Assembly: GCA_963693365.1 (NCBI GenBank)
Contig: CAVNZM010000010.1
Span: 3,532,159-3,596,158, forward strand
From: Amoebidium appalachense
Lineage: Eukaryota; Protista; Ichthyosporea
Length of the DNA stretch: 64,000 nucleotides
Direction: 5' to 3'
In this document: one piece after another, positions 40,632 to 52,403 of the stretch
Layout of the letters: every line of letters starts with the position of its first letter
Position numbering within the stretch: position 1 is the stretch's first letter
Translations under genes and position numbers: made by a program
Notes under the pieces: generated by a model
The model's input: the letters and a program-made list of their open reading frames with translations, nothing else
What the model was told of the DNA's origin: nothing
Databases searched by the model: none

Positions 40632-41763
40632 GGATTTTCCTGATAAGACATGGTTTGGGATGGGCAGAGGGAAAGGAAGGCCAACCACAAAACCAAATCT
40701 AGACAATAAAACATCAATCAAATGTTGGTCCAATCACAGTACCTGTCTGCCAGCCAGCAGTCAGTGTTGTCCGGCTCTATGCCGTCGCAGCCCTTCTCAC
40801 GGGCCAATCGGATGCGACTTGCCATTAAAGGCAAGAGCACCTCCAATCGTCTGACGTCCAGCCACGTCTCCCCCTCCCACGACCCCATGGGGTTGCCTGC
40901 CGCCTACATAATTTCCATGTGTCAAAACACAACATGCATGGCCGCCTACATGAATTTCGTGTGTCAAAATACAATATGCATGGCCGCCTACGTAAATTTT
41001 CAGGTGTCAAAATACAATATGCATGGCCGCCTACATAAATTCCAGGTGTCAAAATACAATATGCATAGCCGCCTACATATAATTTCAGGTGTCAAAACAC
41101 AATATGCATGGCCCCCTACATAAATTCCAGGTGTCAAAATACAATATGCATGGCCACCTACATAAATTTTCAGGTGTCAAAATACAATATGCATGGCCGC
41201 CTTCATAAATTCCAGGTGTCAAAATACAATATGCATGGCCGCCTACATAAATCAAACAGCCCACACACCCTGACAAACACACACACACACACGCTATCTA
41301 CCGCACCCACAACATTACGGACATACATTTACCTACCCCCCTCCCCCTTCCTCCCTTTTCCCCTCCCCCTATCCCCCCATCCCTCTCTCTTCCCCCCCTA
41401 AACCCCTGTCCTGCACCCCCCGCCATCGCCGCACCCCCACCCTGTTCCTCTCCCACCCACCTTCCTCATCGGTAGGTGAACACACCTAAAATGAAACCTA
41501 CCGGCCAGACACCCCCCCCCCCCCCCCCCCCCCCCCTTACCCCGGCCCACCTCCACCCTCCCCTCCCCCTCCCCCCCCTTGTGCGCAAAAATGAAAAACA
41601 AAAAAATGAAATGCAAAACGCTATCGCCCCCACCGTCACATCACCACCGAATGACAACTCGACGTGCCATCAATCACGACTTCCCACCTAACCTCTCCCT
41701 TATTCCATCGCTCTCTTTCACACCATATGTTCCCTCCCTCAACCACCGCAACACCGTCCCCGC

Positions 41764-41799
<36 letters not shown>

Positions 41800-42650
41800 T
41801 CCCCTCCTGCCTGTCTACGCCACCAGTCACGCACTCCCCTCCCCCCTGTTTCTGCAAGCACACACCAACACCATGTAGGCTCTGCCCTCCTACCCCTCCC
41901 TACTGCTCACCCACCCACATACCCACCCTTCCTTCTCCCTAACCCTTCTTCCCAAAATCACCCCCCTCCCTCCTCCTCCTCCCTCCCCCCCCCCCCCCCC
42001 CCCCTCGGCGCACACACACAGCATTAACATACCTCAGCCCACGCCTGCGGATCTGCCTGCACATCCTCTCTCCAGTCCTCTATCGTCCCCACACTCAAGT
42101 AGCAAATCACCGCTTTGTTTTTTGAGGTCAATTTCATTATGTCCTCCTTGCTATAGTCGAACAGATCTACCGAGATGACATCATACTCTTCCAACATCTC
42201 ATTCGCCAGTTTCCCGGTCATGCATTCCTGTTCATCACCTGCAAAGGTGGGACACCAAGCCCTATTGAGAAGTTTCTGTCCCGTTCTGGGAACCCGCCAG
42301 GACTTTTCCTCTGGGGGGGTCTTTGTCGAGTTCAGATTCGGAGGATTGAATGTTTTTGTTGCATTGAGTGCAAACGGAACTGAATCTTTAGGAGGAAGGA
42401 ATGGATTTGCGCAGGTTGATGGGAGAGGTGCGCACGTGCATGTTCCTGGGGCTAGGGTTGAATTGGTGCCTGGAGATGTTCCGTTTTGCGAAGCAACGGG
42501 AACGGTAGATGGTGCGGGTGGAGGAGGTGATGGGGCGGTTGAGGAAGTGAGGGAGCCTGCTGTTGTTGTTGTTTCTAAAGGGTTGGCGATAGCGCATGCG
42601 GATATGGAAAGGAGCAAAGTGACTAAATGATGTGTGGTGAATGAAGCCAT
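38270..42650 (-). CDS. Secreted glycoside hydrolase family 114 (endo-alpha-1,4-polygalactosaminidase-like); exons 42650-42033, 40903-40743, 39984-39619, 38462-38270
   Basis: Signal peptide and S/T/P linker. Motifs [75 protein letters not shown] and GKPVF. All four exons join in phase at GT-AG sites; extra exons cannot be excluded. Confidence 0.88.
40899..41252. repeat. 42-43-bp minisatellite (8 units plus a partial unit) overlapping the GH114 exon-2 acceptor
   Basis: Unit GCCGCCTACATAAATTYYCAGGTGTCAAAATACAATATGCATG starts at 40899, 40941, 40983, 41026, 41068, 41111, 41153, 41196 and 41238. Confidence 0.92.
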
Positions 42651-43681
42651 GTTGAATAGCGTGGATAGAAGAACTCCGTGCTAAATAATCATAGGCTACG
42701 GCGAAATGGAATGTGACGCAGGGGCCTCCGATGGCAAAGTTTGGTACCCGTTTTCTGGAAAAAAAATTAAGGCGTGTAAGGTTGTTTCAACTGCAAGGTA
42801 TGCCTTCCTTTTTCTCTGTTGCACCAAGTTGATCTCCCCGGGGCCCTGGGTTTTCTCCCGTTTGCAAAGCCAGACCTGGAGCTCCTTTTGAGTCCTTTGA
42901 CTCCTTTCCCCTGTTGATTGTTGATCACATGACAATGCTTGTAAAACTAAAATAAACCAATCAAAGCCAAATGTCATCTTGATTGCCAATCGATCAATCG
43001 GATTGATAACCTCTTATGGGTTAAATGAAAAATATATACAAAATGAGATAGTCTCGTTTCGCAATAAAAAGTGTGTTAACCCCCTGAATCAAACTTTCAC
43101 GTGGCCGCAACTTCAACTTCCCACCAGGGCAGGAAATTATATTTGTTTTCGGAATTTTATAAAGTTAATTTTTTTGAAAGTACCAGTAAAGCGGGGACTT
43201 AGTTCCACCCGAGTTTTAGGTTGAGGAAGTATATACTATTGTACAATTACATGAGTAGAGTTGCCCCCCCTCCCCTCCTCTCCCCCCCCCCTTCCCCCTC
43301 GCCCCCCCGGGGCCCCCTCCCCCCAAGCGCCAGCCCAAACCTGGAGCTGTCGGGTTTTTCCTGAAAAAACACGAACATACAATAACGCAAAAAGTTGTCT
43401 CATTACCGCATGATATCTCATGACCAGCCCATTGCCCCGGACAACGTAATTTTCAAAATGCAGGCACTGTTTTCCACTCAATATCAAGTTTAGTCTGCTT
43501 TCTGGGCTTGTTGTGTTTTATGTTGCATTCAATCTACAAATTTTCAGAGATAGAGAGTTCAACAGATGCAACATTGGTGAGACTTTATATTGTGCCAATA
43601 TTATATACGGGGATCCGGGGGGCCCTCGCGCCGGATAGGTATACATATATCGGATAGATATAGGGAAGTAAAAAAAAAAAA

Positions 43682-45090
43682 TTCTTTTGACTGGATTTAT
43701 TCGACGGAAAGATATGCAAGACGGTATGCACGGCATACTGAGAAGACAATAAAAACTTCACGAGTTATCCAGTAACAAGTGCATACTGAGATACCTGAAC
43801 ACTGTGTGAAAATCATATAAATACTCAATGTGACGACCAACAGAATTCAACAAAAAGTCTAAATTGTTCACATTGCCAGCTAGTGTAGCAGATACCCGGA
43901 GGGAAAGAGGTAAAACGCGACATAAAAATTCACACCTATCAACATGCTTGCGATTAAAAAGGTCAGCACAAAAGTGGCACCAGCGGCGATGAAAACAAGA
44001 ATTACAGCGCCACTGCACAACTTCCCAGGCAATATCAACATCAGAGCACCATACAGACTTATCTACTAGGGTGGTATCCATACGTACAGCAGGAGAAATG
44101 TATCCTGCCAAAGCTCCGAAAAAGCGATAATGATCAGTACGGTGTTGCCTAAGGAACATAACACATGCCGACTGAGTTTTACCTTTGATTTCTCTATCAG
44201 AACGAGAAAGAAACTTATACTGCGTATGGTAATTACGCGAAAAGGCAGAAAAAACAGGAAGAGAAAAGAAAGAGGGAGTGAGATAGCGAGAGGAAGAATC
44301 AGGTGGAAAGAGGGTAGGCTGAGGACATTCAGAAGTAGCGTTGGTGAATCGGGGGGGAAGAGGGATGGATGGAGGGGGGGGGAAGAAAGCATAAAGAGGG
44401 TGACCATCAGGTAGCCTAACTAAATGAAAACAAAAACGAAGAGACAATTCCTCCATACGACAAACAGCAGACGACAATCCAAACATACTGATTAATTGGG
44501 AGGCACAAACCGAGTACGAAACAAAGTGCGTAGCGCAGTACCCTGAAAATCGTCGAACTCGTTCAGCGCCATAGCCGCCTCGCGAGGTGGGGCGCAGGCC
44601 AATAGCGGAAGTCCATATTCGAAAGTCGGCCGTAAAAAAGTTTTATAGTAGAGAAGAAGGTTCGCAGAATGGATCACAGACTCCTGTTGAAACATATTTG
44701 ACACGATGTGAAGCTTACCCTTCGCACAAGCGATCCGTGCCGTGAGGAGCTTGCGGAAATCAATACCCCGTGCAGTAAAAGGAATACCCAAATAGCCATA
44801 GGTGCTCTGAACAGGAATAGGAAGGCCAGCCAATCGAAAGGAAGTGTTCTTCGAAAAAGTAGCACACTTTGCAATTCCGACTGTCATGGTGCACCATTGA
44901 TCCACCTGACGAAGCATCTGGTGCATGACATCTTCGGTTAAGGAACAAAGAACAATATCGTTCGCAAAAAGGAGACCCGGTACACGGCGGGTATGCAGTT
45001 GGCCAAAGGGTTCGAGGGCGCAGGCTAAATAAGGAAGTGAATATCTCCGGACAAAAATAGGCGGCGACTTGCCAGGTGCCAAAATACGGT
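43682..45090 (-). mobile_element. Degenerate 5'-truncated LINE: RT C-terminal half, thumb and CCHC zinc knuckle
   Basis: PGLLFANDIVL (FADD box mutated), GIAKCA, YGYLGIPF and YKTFLRPTFEYGL; frameshift at ~44490; then WRCNSCFHRRWCHFCADLFNRKHVDRC…LDFLLN, stop at 43758 and a short 3'UTR shared with the 16259 copy. Confidence 0.88.
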
Positions 45091-45892
45091 AATCCTAAAA
45101 TGTAATTTCTAGCCCTGCTTCCCACATAACCGTTGCGGCACCCGTGAAAAACTCGAGTTCAGAAAGATCTGTTAGGGGCCATCTGTGAAACAAGTGCCCA
45201 TTGCCCACATAACACATGCTACACCACACACGCACACGGCGTGCGCGCACATGAAGATACACAAAGGAGGCCATTGCGATGCAGATATACCTGAAGAGAT
45301 AGTTAGGAGATATACGGATGCAATCCTGGAATGCATACCCAGTTAGATTTGCTCGTCAGCGATTGGTGAAAAGTCAGTCATGGCGCCAAAATCACTTTAG
45401 GTCGACCAATCATTCGCGGTGTGCACAGTGCGCCAGGGCTGAAGTCGGCTGCCACTGAAGCTCAGAACCAAGGCCTCCTAGTCTAGCCTAGGTACAGTAT
45501 TGTACTGCAGAGGCCATGCAAAAAACTGAGCAGTGAGTGGAGCTCAGATTTTTATCCCCCTCCGAATCCGGCCACAGTGCGCGGCTACAGGTCTGGCAGA
45601 GCGCGCTTGCTCGACAGAGAGGAGGGGGGGGAAGGTTGAAGGAAGGGGGGGGAAGGGGAGAGAGAGAGAGTGAGAGAGAGAGAGGGAGGCCCGGGTCCGG
45701 CGAGGGGGGGGGGGGGAGGGGGGAGGGGGGAGGGGGTGAGAGGGGAGCCCGAGGGTTGGGAGAGATGGAAACGGGCCGGGGAGGGGGGCCGGGAGAGATA
45801 GGGGGGGAGGAGGGGGGGGGGGGGGGGGGGGGAGGGAGAAGGGAGGGAGGGAGGGAGGGAGGGAGGGAGAGAGAGGGGCGGGCAGGCAGAGA

Positions 45893-45979
<87 letters not shown>

Positions 45980-46246
45980 GGGAGGGGGTGTGGGGAGGGG
46001 AGGGGGCAACAGGGGGGGGGGGGGGGGGGGGGGGGAGGGGGGGGGGGAGGGAGGGAGATAGGGAGAGAGAGAGTGTGTGTGTGAGCGAGGGGGAGAGAGA
46101 GAGAGGGGGTGAGAGAAGAAAAGAGAGGTTGGCCTCCCCCGAGCTCTAGAAGGGAGGGAGCGAGGGAGCGAGGGAACGAGGGAGGTAGTAGGGAGGAAGA
46201 CCGAGCTAGCGAGCAGCGAGAGAAAGAGCGAGGGGGAGAGGGGGGG

Positions 46247-46284
<38 letters not shown>

Positions 46285-46358
46285 GGGAAGGGGGGAGAGA
46301 GGGGGGGGGGGGGGGGAAAGAGGAGAGGGGGGGGGGGGAAGAGAGAGAGAGAGAGGAT

Positions 46359-46480
<122 letters not shown>

Positions 46481-47091
46481 ATGTGAAAGGGAGAAAGGGA
46501 GGGAGAGGAAGAGGAAGAGATCTAGAGAGGGCAAGAGAGATGGGTTCGATGAGATGGCTTGGGGATGAGGGGAGAAGAGAAGAGATTGTTTCAGAGCTGA
46601 GAGAGAGAGAGACAGAGGGAGATGGAGAGACACACGGAGAGAGGGGCAGAGATATGTTTCTGCTACAAGCAGAAGAACAATTTAGCTATCGCGATCGTCA
46701 GCAGGATAAGCTGAAAGTCAACAGGGTAAGATTCCTGTTAGCAGCAGAATAACTATCCTCAATATGATCTGAAACAATTCTGCTTTTTTTGCAGAATAAA
46801 ATTCTGCCATATCCCCCTCCCCTCCCCCCGGGGCCCCCCTCCCCACAGGGCCAGACCCCACTCCCTCCCCTGCTTTCCCTCCTTTCCTTCCGAGCCTCAG
46901 ATCCCGTCACCCGTCCATATCCCCCCCATCCCCTCCTCCTCTCGGAAATTTTTTAAGGTAACAGTGACGTGCAGAAGAATATTCGTGTACGTGCAGTCGT
47001 GTGTCAAGCAGCAGCCGTGTGCGGAAACTGCAGTGTGGCAGGTGGTACCGGTAGCGAGGGAGAAGGGGGGAGAGAGCATGCTAAGCCCGGT

Positions 47092-47122
<31 letters not shown>

Positions 47123-47486
47123 GGGGAGGAGGGGAGGGGAGGGGGGGGGGGGGGGTCGACTTTGCATAGGACCGTCACTCTTATGGAATTGATTCCACAC
47201 TTGCGAACTCTTCACGGTCCACTGTGACCAACTTAGACCTTGATGCGTTATTTCGAATCTCATTCATAGCACAAGAAATTTAGTCGTTCAGTGTGTTGGA
47301 TAGAAACAGTCATCATACGTATACTACAATTCTGGCCCGATGTAACATTCAGGTGCAACATACCATATATCATTTCAGATCATAATCATAAACAAAGTAG
47401 TACTATATCACACTGGGGCTCATTCTAGTAGCCACCCAGTAGTTTCCTGAATACCACATTCGTTCGTTCACTCATTCACTCATTCG

Positions 47487-49285
47487 TTAAACATGCCCAT
47501 TGTCCCCACCAATCACCTCCGGATATGTCACGACCCTGGGGCGCCACACTGTCACCACCCCGTTCTCGCACAGACGAACACACGACGAGTTCACACCCAA
47601 CCCCCCAGTTACACTAGACACACGCTCTTTCACGCTGGGAAGAGAAAGACGGACACCAGACAGCACCCACTCCTCGCTCACCCATCCACCCGCACCCCCC
47701 TTAACGCGGCCTAGATGCAAGTCCTTGCGTCCACCCAACACACACCACATTGTATCATCCATTGTGTTAACAAAGTTCACGCACGCAAACGGAAAAACGA
47801 GATATTTTCCTTTGAGCTCAATGGCGCAGAGTCTAAATAACTTGCTCAGTTTTGCGGGTGGGGTGCATGGGGTCCCTGTGCGTGCCTCCCACAATGCAAA
47901 CATGACATCAGGTCCGTGACATCAGGTCCGCCGCTCACCGCCCACACCACCTTCATCTCATCTCGCCCACCCATACCCACACAGCACACACCCCACGAAT
48001 CCATGTAACCCGCACCGAGAGCCCCCTCCGTGCTCACAGAGTAGAGGTGTTTGCCGTTGGCGAGGTCATGCACATCAAAGTGCCCGCTGCGTGCAACAAC
48101 AAGTGTTTGCGACATGGGAAGGATTTTGCTGTTGCGAACACCAGGAAGGTGATAGAGAAGCGAGGGAGACCCTGTTGTGAGGCATTCGTACGTATAGAGG
48201 CCGGAGGTGGTGGCAATTTGCAGTCGTGTGCCCAAGTCGAAGGTCATGTTTATGCACCCCTCCTTCATCATCAGCGAGCAATACGCTTCCCCCGACTCAT
48301 TCGCCCAATCATATACATGTATCCTTTCCACCCTCCGCAGCCAAGTTCCTCCTTGCCCTACCAACTCCTCCGCCTTTGCAAGCGCAACCAGCCTTCCATT
48401 CACTGCCACCCCCGAGAATGCACCCAACACCCCCTGTGCATGCCACACACGCACCTTTTTGCACGTTTCCATGTTCCACAGAATCGCTTTTTGTGCTCCG
48501 TCGTGTATGGTCACGAGCATGCCACTTCCGTGCGGGTCGCCTACAGCCCAAGGCGTGCACCCGTCCACCCCTGCGCTCGTCTGCACCTGCGTGTACGAGT
48601 TATGGTCCTTAATGACGCACCTTGTGTTGAGAACCGTTTCCGTGTAATCTTGTGCAAAGCGGAATCTCTCAAATGCTGAAGCGGCGGGCCACGGGAGGCC
48701 AAAGTAGTCGAACTCGGCGCGGATTTCCGGATCGGACATGGCGGAACCTGCAATAGTCTTGTGATGTAGGAAAGAGTAAACGTGTTCGAACAGGTACGGG
48801 CACCGATCCAGCACAACATACCCGTTTTGGTCTGTCTTGAGGGGAAACCGGCCAATGAACCACGCCGCCAGCATGGAGTCGGGGTACGTGCATAGCGTCT
48901 GGCGGGTGGTTGAAAAAAAACGACTACCAACGTTCAACACCACAATGCCGTCCTTGTGCACGTCAAGCCCGAATCCCTGGGTGGCGTATTTTTTCACAAG
49001 GGTGGGGGGTAGGTCTGAACTGAAGGACGGACAGGTGATGAGATCCGATGGTCGGTGGAGGGTGTATGGCTTGAGCGAGATTGCAGGTCTGGGTGACGGA
49101 TTAGAGCCAATACTTTCCGCTTTTGTTGTCTGGGTGGTTGGGTTTGCTTGCGAATCGGTAGATGGTGTATACAATGGTTGTTGTAATTCGTTGGGGGTCG
49201 GTGAGTGTGTAGGTGGTGACGGCACGTGTGGGGTAAGGGTTGAGGTGGGTGTGGTGGTGATGACCGTAGTGGCGGTCGCAGATGT
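47487..49285 (-). pseudogene. BTB/POZ (KCTD T1-type) protein with a probable beta-propeller C-terminus, copy 1; frameshifted
   Basis: VVLNVGSRFFSTTRQTLCTYPDSMLAAWF…VLDRCPYLFEHVYSFL…AEFDYFGL. A 14-bp tandem duplication TGACATCAGGTCCG (47903-47930) shifts the frame, and the remainder continues to the stop at 47487. Start not resolved. Confidence 0.75.
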
Positions 49286-49473
49286 TGCATTCTGTAAGGG
49301 TTGCGAAAATGCACTTAGCGAAAGAAAAGGGAAAATGCAATACCTTTGCTAAAAAACATAAAAAATCCAATAGGTCACGAGGTCGCTAGATTCTACAAAA
49401 GCAGCTGGGGCAGAGAAAAAACGTCAGATTTGTTATCCCCTCCTCGTGTGCCTGCGTGTGTGTACATCTGGGG

Positions 49474-49515
<42 letters not shown>

Positions 49516-49539
49516 GGGGGAGGAGCGAAGGGGCCGGGG

Positions 49540-50161
49540 CCCGGGGCCCGGGGCCCCGGGGGAGAGGGGGGGGGGGGGGGGGGAGAGGAGGGGGAGAGCT
49601 CGAGGGGGGAGGGGGGGGATGGCCTTTTAGGTTTGCAAATGCTTTTGCTTAACGTTTGATCATATTTAGTTATTACTTTTATAAACTTTGAGCCCTTTAG
49701 CAAAGCCTTGAAAGACTTCATAGCACGTTGTCTATGTAGGCTTTTTGTTTACTATTTGAAACGGGGAGGGGGGTTAAATTGAGGGGGGGGGGGGGGGAGG
49801 GGGAGGTGCAGAGGCCCAAGACCTATCTCTCTACTGGTTGGGAGAGGGGGGAGGGGGGACCAACACCACCGAAAAGGGTAGGTCCCCGGGAGCCCCCGGG
49901 GGGAAGGGGGGGGGGGGGTGGCGGGAGGGGGGAGGGGGGGAGGGGAGAGGGGGGAGGGGGGAGGGGGGAGGGGGGGGGGGGGGGATGGCACACTTTTACC
50001 TGAACTTTACGGTCCTGCTTTGGCTTTTTTGCAGGTTAAAACAGTGCGTGTCATCATCATACCTGGCGCATGCATAGGGGTATTTCAAATTATAGGTCCC
50101 CGGGAGCCCCCGGGGAGAAGGGGAGGGGGGGGGGGGAGGGGGGGGGAGGGGGGGGGGAGGG

Positions 50162-50192
<31 letters not shown>

Positions 50193-50790
50193 ATGGCACA
50201 CTTTTACCTGAAATTTACGGTCCTGCTTTGCCTTTTTAGCAGGTTAAAACAGTGCGTATCATCATCATACCTGGCACATGCATAGGGGTATTTCAAATTA
50301 TAGGGAGGGAGGGAGGTAGGTGCGTGTATAACACGTGTGTGTGGGTGGGTGTGTGGGGGGGAGGGGGGGGGGGGAGGGGAGAGGGGAGGGGGGAGGGGGG
50401 GGGGGGCATGGCCTTTTAGGTTTGCAAATGTTAGTAAACGTCTAATTACTTGGTGCTTTTTTTTTTTTTGAATAAAGGCTAAAGAGTTTAGGCTTTTTTT
50501 GATCTTGAAGTACGGCGAGGGGGGTAGTAGTAAATTGGGGGCGGGAGGGGGGGGGGGGGGGGGGGAGAGAGAGAGGGGCGGCCCCGGGGGGGGGGGGGGG
50601 GGGGGGGGGGCGGGGGAGGGGGGAGGGGGGGGGGGGGAAAGGGGAGGAGGGAAGGGAGGCCCCACCACCCCCTTCTCTACTGGTTGGGAGAGGGGGAGGG
50701 GGGGACCAACACCACCGCAAAGGGGTAGGTTCCCTCCTTCCCCCGGGGGGTGAGGGGAGGGGGGGGGGGGGGGACTTGCCACCACCTAGC
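49540..50790. repeat. Nested local repeats between the BTB paralogues (possible transposon subterminal remnant)
   Basis: ~120-bp block GATGGCACACTTTTACCTG…TTTCAAATTATAGG at ~49983 and ~50192. ATGGCCTTTTAGGTTTGCAAATG at ~49619 and ~50408. CTCTACTGGTTGGGAGAG…CCAACACCACCG at ~49829 and ~50675. Confidence 0.7.
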
Positions 50791-51218
50791 AGGGGCCAGC
50801 CTGCTCGTGATGTGATAGTCTGTATATCATGGGACACCGACCTGAAAACATCATGCTACTGCACTTCATATATTGCCAGGCCCGTGTGACCGTCTTACAC
50901 GTGCTAGGCATCCCTTTCCCTCCCCCTCCCCTCCCTGTCCCCCAAACACACACACACACACACCCCACCCCCACCCCGACCGCCTCGAGCTCACACCACT
51001 GGGGCCCCTCTCCTCACCCACACCTTCCCCTCCCCCCTCCCCCCTCTCCCCCCGCCTCCCCCCCCCATGCATCCCCCCCTCCCCCCCCCCCCTCCCCCCA
51101 ACCCCACCCCCTGCCACGGCTTCTTATTCCCCACACAACCTCCATCAACCCTTTTCTAACCGCACCTTGAGCCTGCATTTCTTTTGAACATTGGCCATGC
51201 CATTGGTGCCGCATAGTA

Positions 51219-51312
51219 CTATGGGGTGGTCAGAGCAAGAATCATGTTTTGACGTTTTCGACATCCGGCTCACATCCGCCAAAACATGATTCTTGCTCTG
51301 ACCACCCCATAG
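51219..51312. mobile_element. 94-bp MITE with 33-bp perfect TIRs and TA target duplication (Tc1/mariner-type)
   Basis: TA|CTATGGGGTGGTCAGAGCAAGAATCATGTTTTG…CAAAACATGATTCTTGCTCTGACCACCCCATAG|TA. Confidence 0.8.
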
Positions 51313-51388
51313 TATAGACGACATACTGTACCGGAACCACTGCACCACGTTGAAATCAGCAACAGTTGCCAACACAGGCAATGCCACG

Positions 51389-51438
<50 letters not shown>

Positions 51439-51661
51439 CTATATATATATATATATATATGTATATCATATATATATATAATAGTATATTAATATTGTAT
51501 TCACGCACACGCAGACGCACATGCACATGCACACGCACACACACATGCACCGTGACACAGGCGCGCGCACACACACACGCACACAACAACAATATGCGCA
51601 CACAACCGTGTGCGCACGCACGCGCGTGCCCATGCACACACAAACACACACATACACCGTG

Positions 51662-51693
<32 letters not shown>

Positions 51694-52403
51694 CACACAC
51701 ACACTAAACAGATACCCAGGTGGAAAACAGCCGCAGTTCGTGCATGCAGACACGCAGGCACACACACACGCACACACACACACGCACACACATGCACACA
51801 TGCACACATGATGTGCACGCAGGCACACACACACACCACACAGGTGCGCGCGGTGTGCACGCGCGCTCACGGGCACGGTCAAAAACTGCTGCAGGGTATT
51901 ATGCTTAACTTTGGTGGCACATGATAATGTGCGGGCACACATGTGGTACACTTTATCGATCCTTTTATTCTCTCTTACTTCCCGCATCTCCCCCCTCCCC
52001 CCTCTCTCTCTCCCCCCCCCCCCCCCCCCCCCAACAACAGCCCGCCCTGTCCCGTAATCTCTCTGTGATGACATGCAGCAATTAATAAACTTTAAGGGCC
52101 CTTTAATTACTGTGATTACAGCACGTACGTGTAGTATTCTTAGTTGATCCTTGTACAATTCTGTCAAGCACTTTTGAGTATTGTTCGCTACTGGCTACAG
52201 TAACAGCAGAGCGAAAAATGTTTCGTATACCATCTGAAAGCAAATAATTTTCGAATGTACCAACTACTATTCTGAAGCAATCATCGAGTCACAAACCCAT
52301 ATTCAATGGTTATTACATTTATAAATAATTCAGAGAGAGCCCAAGGTCCTGTAACCCCAGTCACACAAACATTCATTCTAGAAGCCACACATAATGTCTT
52401 CAT

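Noticed and set aside
48047-49352. Long + strand ORFs over the BTB genes (also 53710-54231)
   Set aside because: Antisense shadows of the minus-strand coding sequence.
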